From the UHGV virus genome UHGV-1372926: 47,894 bases of DNA; one strand, given 5' to 3'. This DNA comes from a virus. The translations under genes were made by a program, and so were the position numbers. Shown piece after piece: positions 1 through 10,105 of this stretch (within the stretch, counting starts at the first letter, position 1; the number at the start of each line of letters is the position of its first letter). The notes beneath the pieces are model-generated. The model was not told the origin of the DNA. It worked only from the letters and a program-made list of their open reading frames with translations, and searched no databases.

Positions 1-57
1 TCGTTTTAACGATAAAGGCCGAGATATCATCCACAGAAAAGAATTCGGACAAAAAAA

Positions 58-582
58 ATGAACTGGCATGATTATTTTTACTATGAAAATGGCCTTCTGA
101 TATGGAAGGAGAGAGATGTTTCAACTTTTAAGACGAAGAAGTCAGCAGCTACTTGGAATACCAGGTTTGCATATAAAGCGGCAGGCAACAAGTGCCCAAG
201 GTTTGGTTATGTAATGGTCAGAATTGGCAGGGGTCTTTATCGTGCACATAGAATCATATGGGAAATGCATAACGGTCAAATACAAGGAGATATGCAGATT
301 GATCATATCAACCATGTTCGTGATGATAATCGAATAGAAAATCTCAGGCTAGTTAATAATCTTGGGAATGGCATGAATCAAAGTATAGCAACCAATAACA
401 CCTCTGGAGTTACTGGTGTGACATGGAACTCAGACAGGAAGAAATGGATGGCTCAAATAAAAGTAAAGGGTAAAAACATTTATCTTGGGCTATTTGTTGA
501 TTTTAATAATGCAGCAAAAGCAAGAGCGGAAGCCGAGGTTAAGCACGGATTCCATCAAAACCACGGCAGGAGAACAAATTGA
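58..582 (+). CDS. HNH homing endonuclease with C-terminal AP2 DNA-binding domain
   Basis: 174 aa ORF. HNH motif (GYVMVRIGRG...HRIIWEMHNG...IDHINHVRDDNRIENLRLV) followed by an AP2-like motif (SGVTGVTWNSDRKKWMAQI). Start is ATG with a weak RBS. Confidence 0.8.
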   Translation: MNWHDYFYYENGLLIWKERDVSTFKTKKSAATWNTRFAYKAAGNKCPRFGYVMVRIGRGLYRAHRIIWEMHNGQIQGDMQIDHINHVRDDNRIENLRLVNNLGNGMNQSIATNNTSGVTGVTWNSDRKKWMAQIKVKGKNIYLGLFVDFNNAAKARAEAEVKHGFHQNHGRRTN

Positions 583-995
583 AGCAGCTTGATAGTGGAA
601 TATGGGTATTTGATAGCGGTTATCGCGGGGAGTGTCCAAGGGAGGAATCTGACCAGATGGCATATGGCCTTTGGATGCAATACCGATTCCCTGAAGTCCT
701 GTGGTTTCATGTGCCTAACGAAACTGGAACAAAGAGCGGGCCGCAATTCATCGAAAAACGCCGAAAAATGGGCGTCAGGAGCGGTGTAAGCGACAACGTG
801 ATACTAACCAACGGCATTAATCATAAATGCGGCCTGATTGAGCTGAAGAGGCGTGATAAGACAAAATCAAAAGTATCGCCATCGCAGATTGAGGTTCTTG
901 AGTGCGCCATTGCAGAGGGTCACTTTGGCGTCATTGCTTATGGTCTTGAGGAGATAAAAAGAGCGACGTTATTCTATTTTGGGCTTGATGAATGA
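579..995 (+). CDS. VRR-NUC domain (PD-(D/E)XK) nuclease
   Basis: 138 aa ORF overlapping the HNH stop by 4 nt. TTG start with AGGAG 8 nt upstream. D...IELK pattern typical of VRR-NUC. Confidence 0.55.
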   Translation: MKQLDSGIWVFDSGYRGECPREESDQMAYGLWMQYRFPEVLWFHVPNETGTKSGPQFIEKRRKMGVRSGVSDNVILTNGINHKCGLIELKRRDKTKSKVSPSQIEVLECAIAEGHFGVIAYGLEEIKRATLFYFGLDE

Positions 996-1042
996 CGTGT
1001 TTTGATGTAGATTGATTTTACAATAATAATTGAGGTGATGAG

Positions 1043-1486
1043 ATGGGACAAGGTACTGAATCATGTCGTGGTTATGACATAGAGTATGACGAGTACGAAG
1101 AGAATTTGTGCTCTGGTCGCTGGGTTCAGCGTGACGGAAGCAGCATTGAAGTATCAAAAATGCAAACCGGACACATTAAAAACACGCTTCGCATGGTGCG
1201 ATCTCTGGCTTTATCATCGAGCTTCACGAGCGAGGCTGAAAAGTGGGAGGCATGGGCTGAGATATTCGAGGATGAGTTAGCCCGACGCGTGGATTTGCCA
1301 GAAAAAGACAAATCGGCAAGCCATGCGCAACCTGTGCGCGGTTTAAAAGTGCAGATGGTATGCCACTGCGGCAAGCATTATGATGCTCGGGAGGCTGATT
1401 TAAAGCGAGGTTGGGGATTGTCATGTTCAAAAAGCTGTGCAGCGTCGCGTAAAGCACTCAGATTACCAGCGGCAAAAAGGATTTAA
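1043..1486 (+). CDS. hypothetical protein with C-terminal Cys-rich (zinc-ribbon-like) tail
   Basis: 147 aa ORF. RBS GAGGTGA upstream. C-terminal motif CHCGKHY...CSKSC. Confidence 0.5.
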   Translation: MGQGTESCRGYDIEYDEYEENLCSGRWVQRDGSSIEVSKMQTGHIKNTLRMVRSLALSSSFTSEAEKWEAWAEIFEDELARRVDLPEKDKSASHAQPVRGLKVQMVCHCGKHYDAREADLKRGWGLSCSKSCAASRKALRLPAAKRI

Positions 1487-1488
1487 CA

Positions 1489-2445
1489 ATGAAAGTTTAT
1501 TTAAACAACGAACTCAGCAACGAGCAGTACCACGCTGACACCGAGCACATCAACGGCTCTGGTCTGTGGAACATCTACGACCGCTGCCCGGCAGCATGGC
1601 GCTACAAAGACGAAGAAGATGAGCAGTCAAAGGCTCTGATATTTGGTACTGGTAGCCATACCGCTCTACTTGAGCCTGAGCGCTTCGAAGCAGAATATGC
1701 CCGCATGCCAGTTGTCGAAGATTTCCCGAAAGACAAAGATGGCAATCGCACGGTGCTGGTGACAGCTTCCGACATGAACTCATGGGCGAAAGAGCGCGGC
1801 ATTAAAGGGCTTTCAGGTAAGACTAAAGCCGAAGTGATTAAAATTATTCAGGCCACTGGCGAGACAGTGCAGATTTACGATGTTATCCGTGAAGAAGCAG
1901 AGAAGTCCGCTATTGGTAAATCAATGCTGGAAGGCGATGACTACGACGCCATCATGCAGATGCGCGCCGTAATCCATGCAAACAGCTATTACAGCAGCCT
2001 GCTTTCTGGTGCTTATTCCGAGGTGTCAATTCTCGGTCAGTTGCTTGGCGAACCATCAAAGGTGCGCTTTGACTGCCTTACTCGCGGTGGCGACATTATT
2101 GACTACAAAACAGCCGTGAGCGCCAAGCCTGATGAGTTTTTTCGCCATGCAGCGCGGCTCGGGTACTTTATGAAGATGGCGATGCAACACGACATGTTTG
2201 TCGAGGCTTATGGTCATGCTCCTCGCTCGGTAAACCTTCTGGTGCAGGAGAAGAAATCTCCATTCATCCCTGCACTGATTCGTCTGACGGATGAGCAGTT
2301 ACGCATTGGTCGCATTCAGCTGCGCAGCGCGATGGAAATCTATAAGGCATGCAAAAAAGCCAATTCATGGCCCGGTTACTCAATGGGTAATCCGGTCATC
2401 GAAATGGAAACGCCAGAATGGTTCAAAAAGCAATTTAACCTGTAA
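1489..2445 (+). CDS. PD-(D/E)XK recombination exonuclease (RecE/YqaJ/Cas4-like)
   Basis: 318 aa ORF. Motif FDCLTRGGDIIDYKT (D-x-K with Y) consistent with a RecB-family nuclease core. Sits immediately upstream of the SSAP and SSB genes, as in T1-like recombination modules. Confidence 0.6.
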   Translation: MKVYLNNELSNEQYHADTEHINGSGLWNIYDRCPAAWRYKDEEDEQSKALIFGTGSHTALLEPERFEAEYARMPVVEDFPKDKDGNRTVLVTASDMNSWAKERGIKGLSGKTKAEVIKIIQATGETVQIYDVIREEAEKSAIGKSMLEGDDYDAIMQMRAVIHANSYYSSLLSGAYSEVSILGQLLGEPSKVRFDCLTRGGDIIDYKTAVSAKPDEFFRHAARLGYFMKMAMQHDMFVEAYGHAPRSVNLLVQEKKSPFIPALIRLTDEQLRIGRIQLRSAMEIYKACKKANSWPGYSMGNPVIEMETPEWFKKQFNL

Positions 2446-2465
2446 TTTATAGTGAATGAGGTGAA

Positions 2466-3128
2466 GTGATGAGATTTTCAGAACAGAAAGCAAACCTGAT
2501 TAAGGCTTTGGTAGAGGCGCGAAAGGTGATGAGCAGCAGCGCTAAAAAGAACGCGCAAAACCCGCACCTTAAAAGCAACTATGCTAACCTTGAGTCATTC
2601 CTGAATGCCATCAGGCCAGCGCTTGAGGCTAACGGTCTTATCATCATCCAGAACGCCATTGAGAGCGATACGGTTGATGTTTTGAAGCTGGAAACAACAA
2701 TCATGCATGAGTCTGGTGAGTACATGTCTTCAGTCATGCCAATGCCGGTTGCCAAGAAAGACGCGCAGGGTTATGGCTCCGCAATGACTTATGCGCGCCG
2801 CTACTCTATTGCGTCTATGTTCGGTATTGCACAGGCTGATGACGATGGCAATGCCGCGCGGAAGTCTCCTAAAGATGCAGCTGCACTCATTCGTTCAGCA
2901 GCAAACATGGATGAGCTTACTGCCATTTATGGTGAAGAATACAAATCATTTCGTGGTGATGACGCTGCCACTCGCGTAATCGTCGGCGCATACCAGGAAA
3001 TGAAAGCGAAATTCATTGCTGGCGGCAGTGATTTCAACCCGGCCAAACTCCAGAAAGCAGAGGCGCCTGCGCCATCTGCAACCGAAGAGAAGCCATCAAC
3101 ATCTCAACAGAACATCGAAAACTTTTAA
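2466..3128 (+). CDS. single-strand annealing protein (ERF-like)
   Basis: 220 aa ORF with RBS GAGGTGAAG. N-terminal region (NPHLKSNYANLESFLNAIRPALEANGL) resembles the ERF family. Acidic and Ala/Pro-rich tail. Position between exonuclease and SSB. Confidence 0.55.
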   Translation: MMRFSEQKANLIKALVEARKVMSSSAKKNAQNPHLKSNYANLESFLNAIRPALEANGLIIIQNAIESDTVDVLKLETTIMHESGEYMSSVMPMPVAKKDAQGYGSAMTYARRYSIASMFGIAQADDDGNAARKSPKDAAALIRSAANMDELTAIYGEEYKSFRGDDAATRVIVGAYQEMKAKFIAGGSDFNPAKLQKAEAPAPSATEEKPSTSQQNIENF

Positions 3129-3137
3129 GGGTAAATT

Positions 3138-3641
3138 ATGGCATCTCGCGGAATCAACAAAGTAATCATTTTGGGCACTCTCGGACAAGACCCGGAAGTT
3201 AAATATATGCCATCTGGCGGCGCTGTGTGCAATCTTTCTCTTGCAACATCAGAGCAGTGGAATGATAAATCCACAGGGGAAAAGAAAGAGCAGACAGAAT
3301 GGCATCGTGTGGTTATCTTCGGAAAGCTGGCGGAGGTGGCTGGCGAATACCTGCGCAAAGGCTCTCAGGTTTATGTAGAAGGTAAATTACGCACTCGCAA
3401 ATGGACAGATCAAAGCGGTGTTGAAAAATACACTACTGAAATCGTCTTGCAGCCTATGAACGGCGTTATGCAAATGATTGGTGGTAAATCAAGTGATAAT
3501 GGAAACCAACAATCACAGCAGCGGCAACAGTCAGGAAGTAATCAGCAATCAGGGTGGGGTAAACCGCAGCAACCATCAAACACGTCAAAACCACCGTCAA
3601 ACGAGCCGCCGATGGATTTTGATGATGATATTCCGTTTTGA
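3138..3641 (+). CDS. ssb: single-stranded DNA-binding protein
   Basis: 167 aa ORF with an OB-fold SSB N-terminus ([36 protein letters not shown]). Gly/Gln-rich linker. Canonical acidic C-terminal tip DDDIPF. Confidence 0.9.
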   Translation: MASRGINKVIILGTLGQDPEVKYMPSGGAVCNLSLATSEQWNDKSTGEKKEQTEWHRVVIFGKLAEVAGEYLRKGSQVYVEGKLRTRKWTDQSGVEKYTTEIVLQPMNGVMQMIGGKSSDNGNQQSQQRQQSGSNQQSGWGKPQQPSNTSKPPSNEPPMDFDDDIPF

Positions 3642-3877
3642 TCTCTATCACAAATGAATGGTGAATATAATGAAAGTAAAATGCATTAAATAAGAAAATG
3701 AATGTTGGATTGTCGGATCAGTATATTTCGCAGCACCAGAGGGGTCTGGTTACTACTCTGTTGGGCATGATGGCGACGATAATGCAGGGTATAATTTAGT
3801 TTTAAATGGGCACGACATTAACGGTTTAGCATTGTTTTACATACCGGTCATAAATGTTGAGTTTATAGAGCAACGAT

Positions 3878-3907
3878 AAAAAAAAAGGCCGCAAGGCCTT
3901 TTTTTCT
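3878..3907. terminator. bidirectional rho-independent terminator
   Basis: A9-GGCC-GCAA-GGCC-T7. Palindromic stem with GNRA-like loop flanked by A-run and T-run, between convergent ssb (+) and tail fiber (-). Confidence 0.7.
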
Positions 3908-3910
3908 CTA

Positions 3911-6286
3911 TTAAGCTGTTAAATCGTTTAGTTTTACGATCATTTTTGTTATTGTCAATCCATCCGCAGCGTTTCCTTTCCAAGCACGTATTTGCAGATC
4001 AAGACTATTGCTAACTATATCAGTTATAACTGCTAAAACTCTGCTGCCAGATGTTGCGGCGCCAGAGGCCGCGCCTTTACTTATAAAGCCTGAGATAAAC
4101 GCCGATGTTTGCCCCGCCCCTGTGCTGAGAAGAGTAACATCAAGATCCATATCGAAATAGATTTCATCGGAAGCTAGCGCTGCCATCTCCACGTATTTAA
4201 ATACAGAGTCGGAGCCAATGAAACCTACTTGCACGGTTTTTGTACCCAAAAGGCCGCCGGTACTACCAGCAATGTCGATCTTAACTGAATCACTCAGTCT
4301 TAAACTACCAGCTGGATAAATCATATCCCTAACAACATTTCCAGAGGTTGTTGACGATATGCTTAAACTTGCCTCTAATGCGTAATTATTGGCTTTTGCT
4401 GACAGCCGAGATTGACTTACTATCGATATGGCGTTAACCGATGCCGCCGCAACAAGGCTAGGAACTGTTACTGGGCCATTTAATTTTAAAGTGTTATAAC
4501 GTGAGTTTGTAAGGACGACAGGTCCGCCGATATCCGATGATATATCGGCTTTCACTCCATTATTAGAGTTTGCGGCAGTACCTAACGATCGCATTAACGC
4601 CACCGATGGCAAAGCCCCGTAATATCGGATCTTACTGAACTCTATGTTATTTAAAACAGATGAATCTGATGTTTTTTGACAATCACAAACTACCGCGGTG
4701 CTGCCGTATGCGAATACCGAGATGTCATCGAATAAGACATTTTCCACTTCTGACCGGTATCCAGTTCCAACCCCGCCAGGCCCAGAGTTTGCCGCGTTCC
4801 CATATTGCTCTGCGCTAATAATATTATTACTGTTATTATTTACGATAATAACTCCGCGTTTTATGCGGGAATCTCGATGCCCTGAAACACGTAATATGGT
4901 AGATGGGTTAGAGATACTATTAAACATGAATTTAAAGTTATCGAGCGTGCATCGGCGGCCAGATTCGGCCCAGCCTAACATGACATTTTCGCTTACCCCG
5001 GAAGGACTCGCTATTGCGGTAATGTCTGTTAAGTCAGTATCATGGGACCCGAATGCTAATTCGCTTATGCGTCCTGAAAACACGATATTTATTCTGCTAA
5101 ATTTCGTCTTGCAGAAAGTATTACCATATACAACACCCTTAGCCTTGCCCCTTATATTATCAAAAATACAATTATAGGTTGCACTATCCGCGGTCCAATA
5201 ATCCCACGTGTTAACCTCAATATTTCTAACCACCGTATCACGGCAGCAAAATAAAGGCTTATTAAAGCGTGCAAGGTACGAGGGCTGATCAGCATTAGCC
5301 GCTTCTAAAGTCAAAGAGGTTTCTATAGGGCCATCTATTGTTATTGTGCTACCAGATTTACTCAAGACCCTCGCCAACTGTAGGTATTGCGCGACAAAAA
5401 ATCCAGCGCTTAAAATGCCTGTTGTTGATGATAGACGAATAATGTCACCTACTGACACAATAGACGAATCCGCCAATGTCAAAGTGCTTTGCCCTTTCGC
5501 TGCCGTTACTGCCACTTTCGGTACTTCTTCCCAGTAATCAGGGTGATAATTACCAGGTGCAAAAATACTACCGGCCATAAACCCAGCTCCAGACGCAGCC
5601 TGTGTTGATAGCTTCCCGTTTTCAAGAATGCAACCATTAGGTAAATATATGGGACGCGATATAAACCATTCTTTACCTAATAAATCAACGTGTTTAGATG
5701 AAGATAGCGCCATTTCAATAATTTCAGCGTTATCAAAAGATGGATTGTCTGGAATGCCACCTTTAGATAAGGGTGTAATTGCAGATATCGCATCTTGAAT
5801 GCTTCCACCCTGGCTTAAAGGTATGAAATCAGCAGCTTTACCATCACCTATAGTGGTTAGTTCTTGCCTCAGCGTTGCATCACCAACACTTACCAGATGC
5901 GTAACATCGGTGGCCCACGACGTACTATTAACACCCGTGGTTGTGTATGGTGGATTGGTGCCAGCATTTAAACGCCAGAACTCGTTCTGATAACGAATAA
6001 TCTGGTTACGAGCGGAAATTGTATGCGGCCCGTTTTCATAATCCCCTAAAAACTGATAACCAGAGTTTAGAAGGAATTGCTGAAAATCAGATTCTCTTTG
6101 AGTCTGCGCATCCTGGAACTGGTTATTCCTGCCGGTATTCGTCATCCTCTGTACGCCGAATCTGTCGGTGTAGTAATCAGCACTGCCATTGACCTCTTCA
6201 TCAATCTTGCCAGCGTTAAATTTCAGGTCGCGCGGATCTTCAGAGGGGATTGGCTTGTTAGTTGGGGTAGTAGCCATCGGCTGCAA
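3911..6286 (-). CDS. tail fiber / tailspike receptor-binding protein (possible beta-helix depolymerase-type)
   Basis: 791 aa ORF, last gene of the leftward tail operon. Ser/Thr/Gly/Asn-rich repetitive body consistent with a beta-helical fibre. N-terminal about 120 aa looks like a conserved anchor domain. Confidence 0.65.
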   Translation of the reverse strand: MQPMATTPTNKPIPSEDPRDLKFNAGKIDEEVNGSADYYTDRFGVQRMTNTGRNNQFQDAQTQRESDFQQFLLNSGYQFLGDYENGPHTISARNQIIRYQNEFWRLNAGTNPPYTTTGVNSTSWATDVTHLVSVGDATLRQELTTIGDGKAADFIPLSQGGSIQDAISAITPLSKGGIPDNPSFDNAEIIEMALSSSKHVDLLGKEWFISRPIYLPNGCILENGKLSTQAASGAGFMAGSIFAPGNYHPDYWEEVPKVAVTAAKGQSTLTLADSSIVSVGDIIRLSSTTGILSAGFFVAQYLQLARVLSKSGSTITIDGPIETSLTLEAANADQPSYLARFNKPLFCCRDTVVRNIEVNTWDYWTADSATYNCIFDNIRGKAKGVVYGNTFCKTKFSRINIVFSGRISELAFGSHDTDLTDITAIASPSGVSENVMLGWAESGRRCTLDNFKFMFNSISNPSTILRVSGHRDSRIKRGVIIVNNNSNNIISAEQYGNAANSGPGGVGTGYRSEVENVLFDDISVFAYGSTAVVCDCQKTSDSSVLNNIEFSKIRYYGALPSVALMRSLGTAANSNNGVKADISSDIGGPVVLTNSRYNTLKLNGPVTVPSLVAAASVNAISIVSQSRLSAKANNYALEASLSISSTTSGNVVRDMIYPAGSLRLSDSVKIDIAGSTGGLLGTKTVQVGFIGSDSVFKYVEMAALASDEIYFDMDLDVTLLSTGAGQTSAFISGFISKGAASGAATSGSRVLAVITDIVSNSLDLQIRAWKGNAADGLTITKMIVKLNDLTA

Positions 6287-6315
6287 TCTCCATAATCATT
6301 AATTGCCCTATTGTA

Positions 6316-8796
6316 TCACGCAACAGGGTTGGTGTAGGCGTACATAGCGTCATTGTACTCAGTTACAGTCAGTGAGACTGTGCCATCTGTACCTGGAGTC
6401 TTCTGGCTAACTGTCCATAACGTTGAATCAAGCTCAACCTCTGTTGAGATTGCATATCTTGATTCTGACTGAACATTAACACCGTCAAAAATGTTTAACT
6501 CGAAATCAGATGGTAATGCGCACTCGAATGTATTCAATCCAGTAACGGTACAAGCCAGACGCTCTGATACATTCCCATTGGCGCCGGTAATGACCACAAA
6601 CAGACCGCTTCCCGCTGTGAGCTGTTCACTGGTAGTAAATACGTTTCCAGACCTTGAACGGATAACGCCAGTCTGCTGCACTGAATCATAAATGTCGACA
6701 ACAGAAATCATATCGCCAACGTTCACCCACTCGCCATCTGCAAGCGCCTTTATCTCCATTCCGCGACGTGAGTACATCAGGCGATTGCACTCAAGCATGG
6801 CTCTGTCCGTTGCCTGATACAGGTTTCGAACGTATAGCATGTCGAATTTTTTTGGCTTAGTTGGCTCTCCAGGCTCTATACTGGAAGTGCCAACTTTATA
6901 ATAAACGTAAGCCTGTTTGTTTGTGTTTGGGTCGCGGTACTGAACACTTACACCATCATATGACCCAGGCAAAGTCATGTCATAAGACATTTTATAGCCA
7001 TCAGCCTGCGTGTTTCTGGTATTAAACACAGTTTCAGGGGTTGTTTTTTGCTCATCTCTTGAGAAAGACAAGACGCCATCATCCCAAAAAACCGTTACGC
7101 GAGCGGCATCACAGATGGTCTGAATTCTCTCACCAATAGACTTATCCTCATCGTCAAAGGTGTAATCAAAATACCCAAGGCGCTCATCAGGCAGTGCATC
7201 AGCTATTTCATAAAGTCTGGCAATGTCAATGGTGCTTTCAGGCTGACCGGCGGTAATAAGCCAGTTATGCAACACTGAATCTGCAAAACTTCTCGATGGC
7301 GTTAACGTATAGTCGACTGTCCCGGTTGTTCTGTTGTATCCAATAGTCCAGCGGGTGATCAGCGCATTATATTTGCGCTCAGTAACTGATGTGGGCTGAA
7401 GCGTGGCCTTCACCGTGACTTTAACAAGGGTATCATCAGGATAAACCACATTCTCACGGATGTTGATAGCGTGCGCCGCCTGCAACGTTACGCGGTTGCC
7501 AGAGTTTGAGTTGTTTGTCCTTTCAATGCTGATGGCATACTTAGCCAGCCCATAAGCAGGAGTTAACTTATACGTTCGATAATAGGTTTTGGTTGTCTGA
7601 TTGAATGGGTTGTCAATACTATCTGCAAGCTGCTCCTCGGTTCCAGGAATGGCATCACCATTATCATCAACAGCCCATATCTTGATCAGATAATCTGCTG
7701 TGCCGCTGGTAGGCCCAAGCTCAGACTGAACGTGAACCCAAACCTGCGTTGATTCCACAGCCCCAACATATGGGCCAACAACGAGCGCCTCATTATCCAC
7801 AATCTGGAAATAAGTGTTGTTGATGGTTGCGCCGGTCAGGTTGCCAAGATTTGCGCCGGTCAGGTTATTGAAAGTGAAATTATAAAAATACTGAATGTCA
7901 GGAATGACGCCAGTTTCAGTTTCCTCAGCTGAAATGATGTTGCCACTAAGCTGAATGTTTTCAGTGACTGGCCCGGATGTCGAGTTGTAGGTAATATTTA
8001 TTGTTAATGACACGGAGTGAGGCAAAGACAGTCCCATGAAGTAATCGAAATCAGTGTTTTTTGGTATGACCATTAACAGCTGACCGCCAGCATAATCGCC
8101 ACTGGTAACAGATGTCGTGGTCGCTGTCTCTATCGGGGTGTCCTCTGACTCGTTTAGCCCTGGAACCTCCTGACCATCAAGTCCGTCGAACTGGTAAGGC
8201 TCAATGATTTGTCCAATCACATCACCTGGATTGTAGATGACATGAGTGGCCCCGGGCAGAGAACCAAGATTAGTTTCCGCATAGCGAACCGATGAAATAG
8301 TGTATTTCCCAAGGCCAAAATTCATGAACTCAGTGACGTACTTCAAATCGTCAATGTATTCAAAAAGAGATTCCTGAATCAGGTCAGGGAATGCCCTTAT
8401 CTGACCGAAGTTGTCAGGTCTTGCCTCTCCATTGCGCGCGATATTGGTTTGCGATTTCAGGCTGTTATTGGGTGATTCAACCGTCGCTCCAGTGCTGGTT
8501 GACGGCGTTGATGCTTTTGGCAGCAGAAAAGAAAGAACCTTAGTTACAGGCTTGAGTATCGTGCTGATAAGATCGCCAATCGCGCCGCGAGGCTGACAGT
8601 AAATGTTAACAATATCGTTTTGCTTTAACGATATCGACAATTCATCATCAGGGCCAAAAGTGCGGCCATTCAGTGCAATCCTGATATCAGATGGAAGGCC
8701 GGAATTCTCCAGCCATCTCCACAGATTAGTGCCAGCAGGAACATTACCCGTCTCTTTTGGAACCCCTGGCATCTTCTGAATGTGAATAACCGGCAT
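6316..8796 (-). CDS. tail tip / host-specificity protein (lambda J-like)
   Basis: 826 aa ORF directly downstream of the K/L/M-like genes. Size and position match a central tail fibre J-like protein. Confidence 0.6.
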   Translation of the reverse strand: MPVIHIQKMPGVPKETGNVPAGTNLWRWLENSGLPSDIRIALNGRTFGPDDELSISLKQNDIVNIYCQPRGAIGDLISTILKPVTKVLSFLLPKASTPSTSTGATVESPNNSLKSQTNIARNGEARPDNFGQIRAFPDLIQESLFEYIDDLKYVTEFMNFGLGKYTISSVRYAETNLGSLPGATHVIYNPGDVIGQIIEPYQFDGLDGQEVPGLNESEDTPIETATTTSVTSGDYAGGQLLMVIPKNTDFDYFMGLSLPHSVSLTINITYNSTSGPVTENIQLSGNIISAEETETGVIPDIQYFYNFTFNNLTGANLGNLTGATINNTYFQIVDNEALVVGPYVGAVESTQVWVHVQSELGPTSGTADYLIKIWAVDDNGDAIPGTEEQLADSIDNPFNQTTKTYYRTYKLTPAYGLAKYAISIERTNNSNSGNRVTLQAAHAINIRENVVYPDDTLVKVTVKATLQPTSVTERKYNALITRWTIGYNRTTGTVDYTLTPSRSFADSVLHNWLITAGQPESTIDIARLYEIADALPDERLGYFDYTFDDEDKSIGERIQTICDAARVTVFWDDGVLSFSRDEQKTTPETVFNTRNTQADGYKMSYDMTLPGSYDGVSVQYRDPNTNKQAYVYYKVGTSSIEPGEPTKPKKFDMLYVRNLYQATDRAMLECNRLMYSRRGMEIKALADGEWVNVGDMISVVDIYDSVQQTGVIRSRSGNVFTTSEQLTAGSGLFVVITGANGNVSERLACTVTGLNTFECALPSDFELNIFDGVNVQSESRYAISTEVELDSTLWTVSQKTPGTDGTVSLTVTEYNDAMYAYTNPVA

Positions 8797-9223
8797 AAGT
8801 CAGGAACCTTAATTTTGTTGATAATTTTTCGAGTGTTTTAAGGCGGTCTGTCTTGACTGCCGTTTTCTCTCGCGCATGCAGTATTTTATCACGACCCCAC
8901 CACAGCGCGACATGTACCGGATGACTCCCGCGATATGCAACCACCACATCGCCAATTTTTGGCCAACCGGTGTCTTTCCAGAATGAAACCTCTCCATTGA
9001 AACAAGTGACAAAATCGCCGCCATTTGAATATGAGTCATCATGATGAACATTAACATTCATGCACAGGCGATAGAACAGCACCACCAGACCCCAGCAGTC
9101 CACCGCGTCAACGTGACAACACCTGTCGACGTATGGCTTGCCAAGCATCATCCTTTCAAAATCGTCAAACGGTACGCAGTCCGGGGAATTCTGTGATGTC
9201 ATAAAGTTTTGCCACGTTGCCAT
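8744..9223 (-). CDS. tail assembly protein, NlpC/P60 family (lambda K-like)
   Basis: 159 aa ORF. Conserved Cys...His pattern ([10 protein letters not shown] ... HVALWWG) of an NlpC/P60 peptidase fold. Overlaps the J-like start. Confidence 0.65.
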   Translation of the reverse strand: MATWQNFMTSQNSPDCVPFDDFERMMLGKPYVDRCCHVDAVDCWGLVVLFYRLCMNVNVHHDDSYSNGGDFVTCFNGEVSFWKDTGWPKIGDVVVAYRGSHPVHVALWWGRDKILHAREKTAVKTDRLKTLEKLSTKLRFLTYAGYSHSEDARGSKRDG

Positions 9224-9635
9224 TGATTGGGTTTTTTATGGAGATGGAGACAGTTACATCAGACTGATCAAGCGTCACATCGTTCACATAAAGCGTATAT
9301 GGTTTTAATGGTGTGTCTTTGTCAGTCTCGTCAAAACGCTGGTATAACGCAGTGATAGGCTCAATGCGTCCAGAACCTGACCATAACTTTAAATATTGCT
9401 TAAAGTCATTAGCCAGTCTTGCAAACTTCAGCGTGGCATTGATTACCGGTGTGTTTGATTGCTGGCTTCTGGTTACATCCATGCGCACTGGATGGTAAGT
9501 CTGGCCGCCAAGTACAATATCAGAAAACTCATTGCCAACTAGCCGGACATAACCAAATGAAGAGTGATAAAAGGTTATGGTGTCATACAGCTTCCAGTTT
9601 GGCCTTTTTGACTGGTATTCACGCAATGTTGGCAT
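9165..9635 (-). CDS. minor tail protein (L-like)
   Basis: 156 aa ORF in the conserved M-L-K-J order downstream of the tape measure gene. Confidence 0.5.
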   Translation of the reverse strand: MPTLREYQSKRPNWKLYDTITFYHSSFGYVRLVGNEFSDIVLGGQTYHPVRMDVTRSQQSNTPVINATLKFARLANDFKQYLKLWSGSGRIEPITALYQRFDETDKDTPLKPYTLYVNDVTLDQSDVTVSISIKNPINGNVAKLYDITEFPGLRTV

Positions 9636-10105
9636 TATGGATACTCCGGCAAATCCCTGTTAACGACTTCATCAAGCCATGAATACCATCTCTCATCAAG
9701 CTCAACAAGCACATCATCAAACTCATCCATGGAGTTATTGAGGGTTTTACAGATGACATTTCCAGTCCATGTAACGATGCCGCCATTAATGCTTGTCTGC
9801 ACGGGGTAATCAGTAAAGTGCAAAGTCTGATTCTGTAATCCGCTGCCACCAAGATCGATATCCATCGTGAACCATTCATTGCACTTGTTGAGATAATTTG
9901 GGCTTCTCAACCACTGCATAAATGCCCGCTCCTGCCTGAGCGTGAAAACCCACGTCAAACTCCATGTTACTGCAACATCGGTAGTTAACTTTTGAAATAT
10001 TGGCGCCCCAACCGCAGGCTGATCGCTGCGGAATGGGGTTTGAGTCGTCATGTTCTTGCTGGCACGCTGCGCAAGCGGTAGCCATGATGGATAAGCTATA
10101 GCCAT
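9635..10105 (-). CDS. minor tail protein (M-like)
   Basis: 156 aa ORF immediately downstream of the tape measure gene, start/stop coupled. Confidence 0.5.
   Translation of the reverse strand: MAIAYPSWLPLAQRASKNMTTQTPFRSDQPAVGAPIFQKLTTDVAVTWSLTWVFTLRQERAFMQWLRSPNYLNKCNEWFTMDIDLGGSGLQNQTLHFTDYPVQTSINGGIVTWTGNVICKTLNNSMDEFDDVLVELDERWYSWLDEVVNRDLPEYP

Noticed and set aside
4698-6295. + strand ORFs of 63-159 aa within the tail fibre gene
   Set aside because: They are antisense to the 791 aa ORF, with a biased composition of proline and leucine runs.
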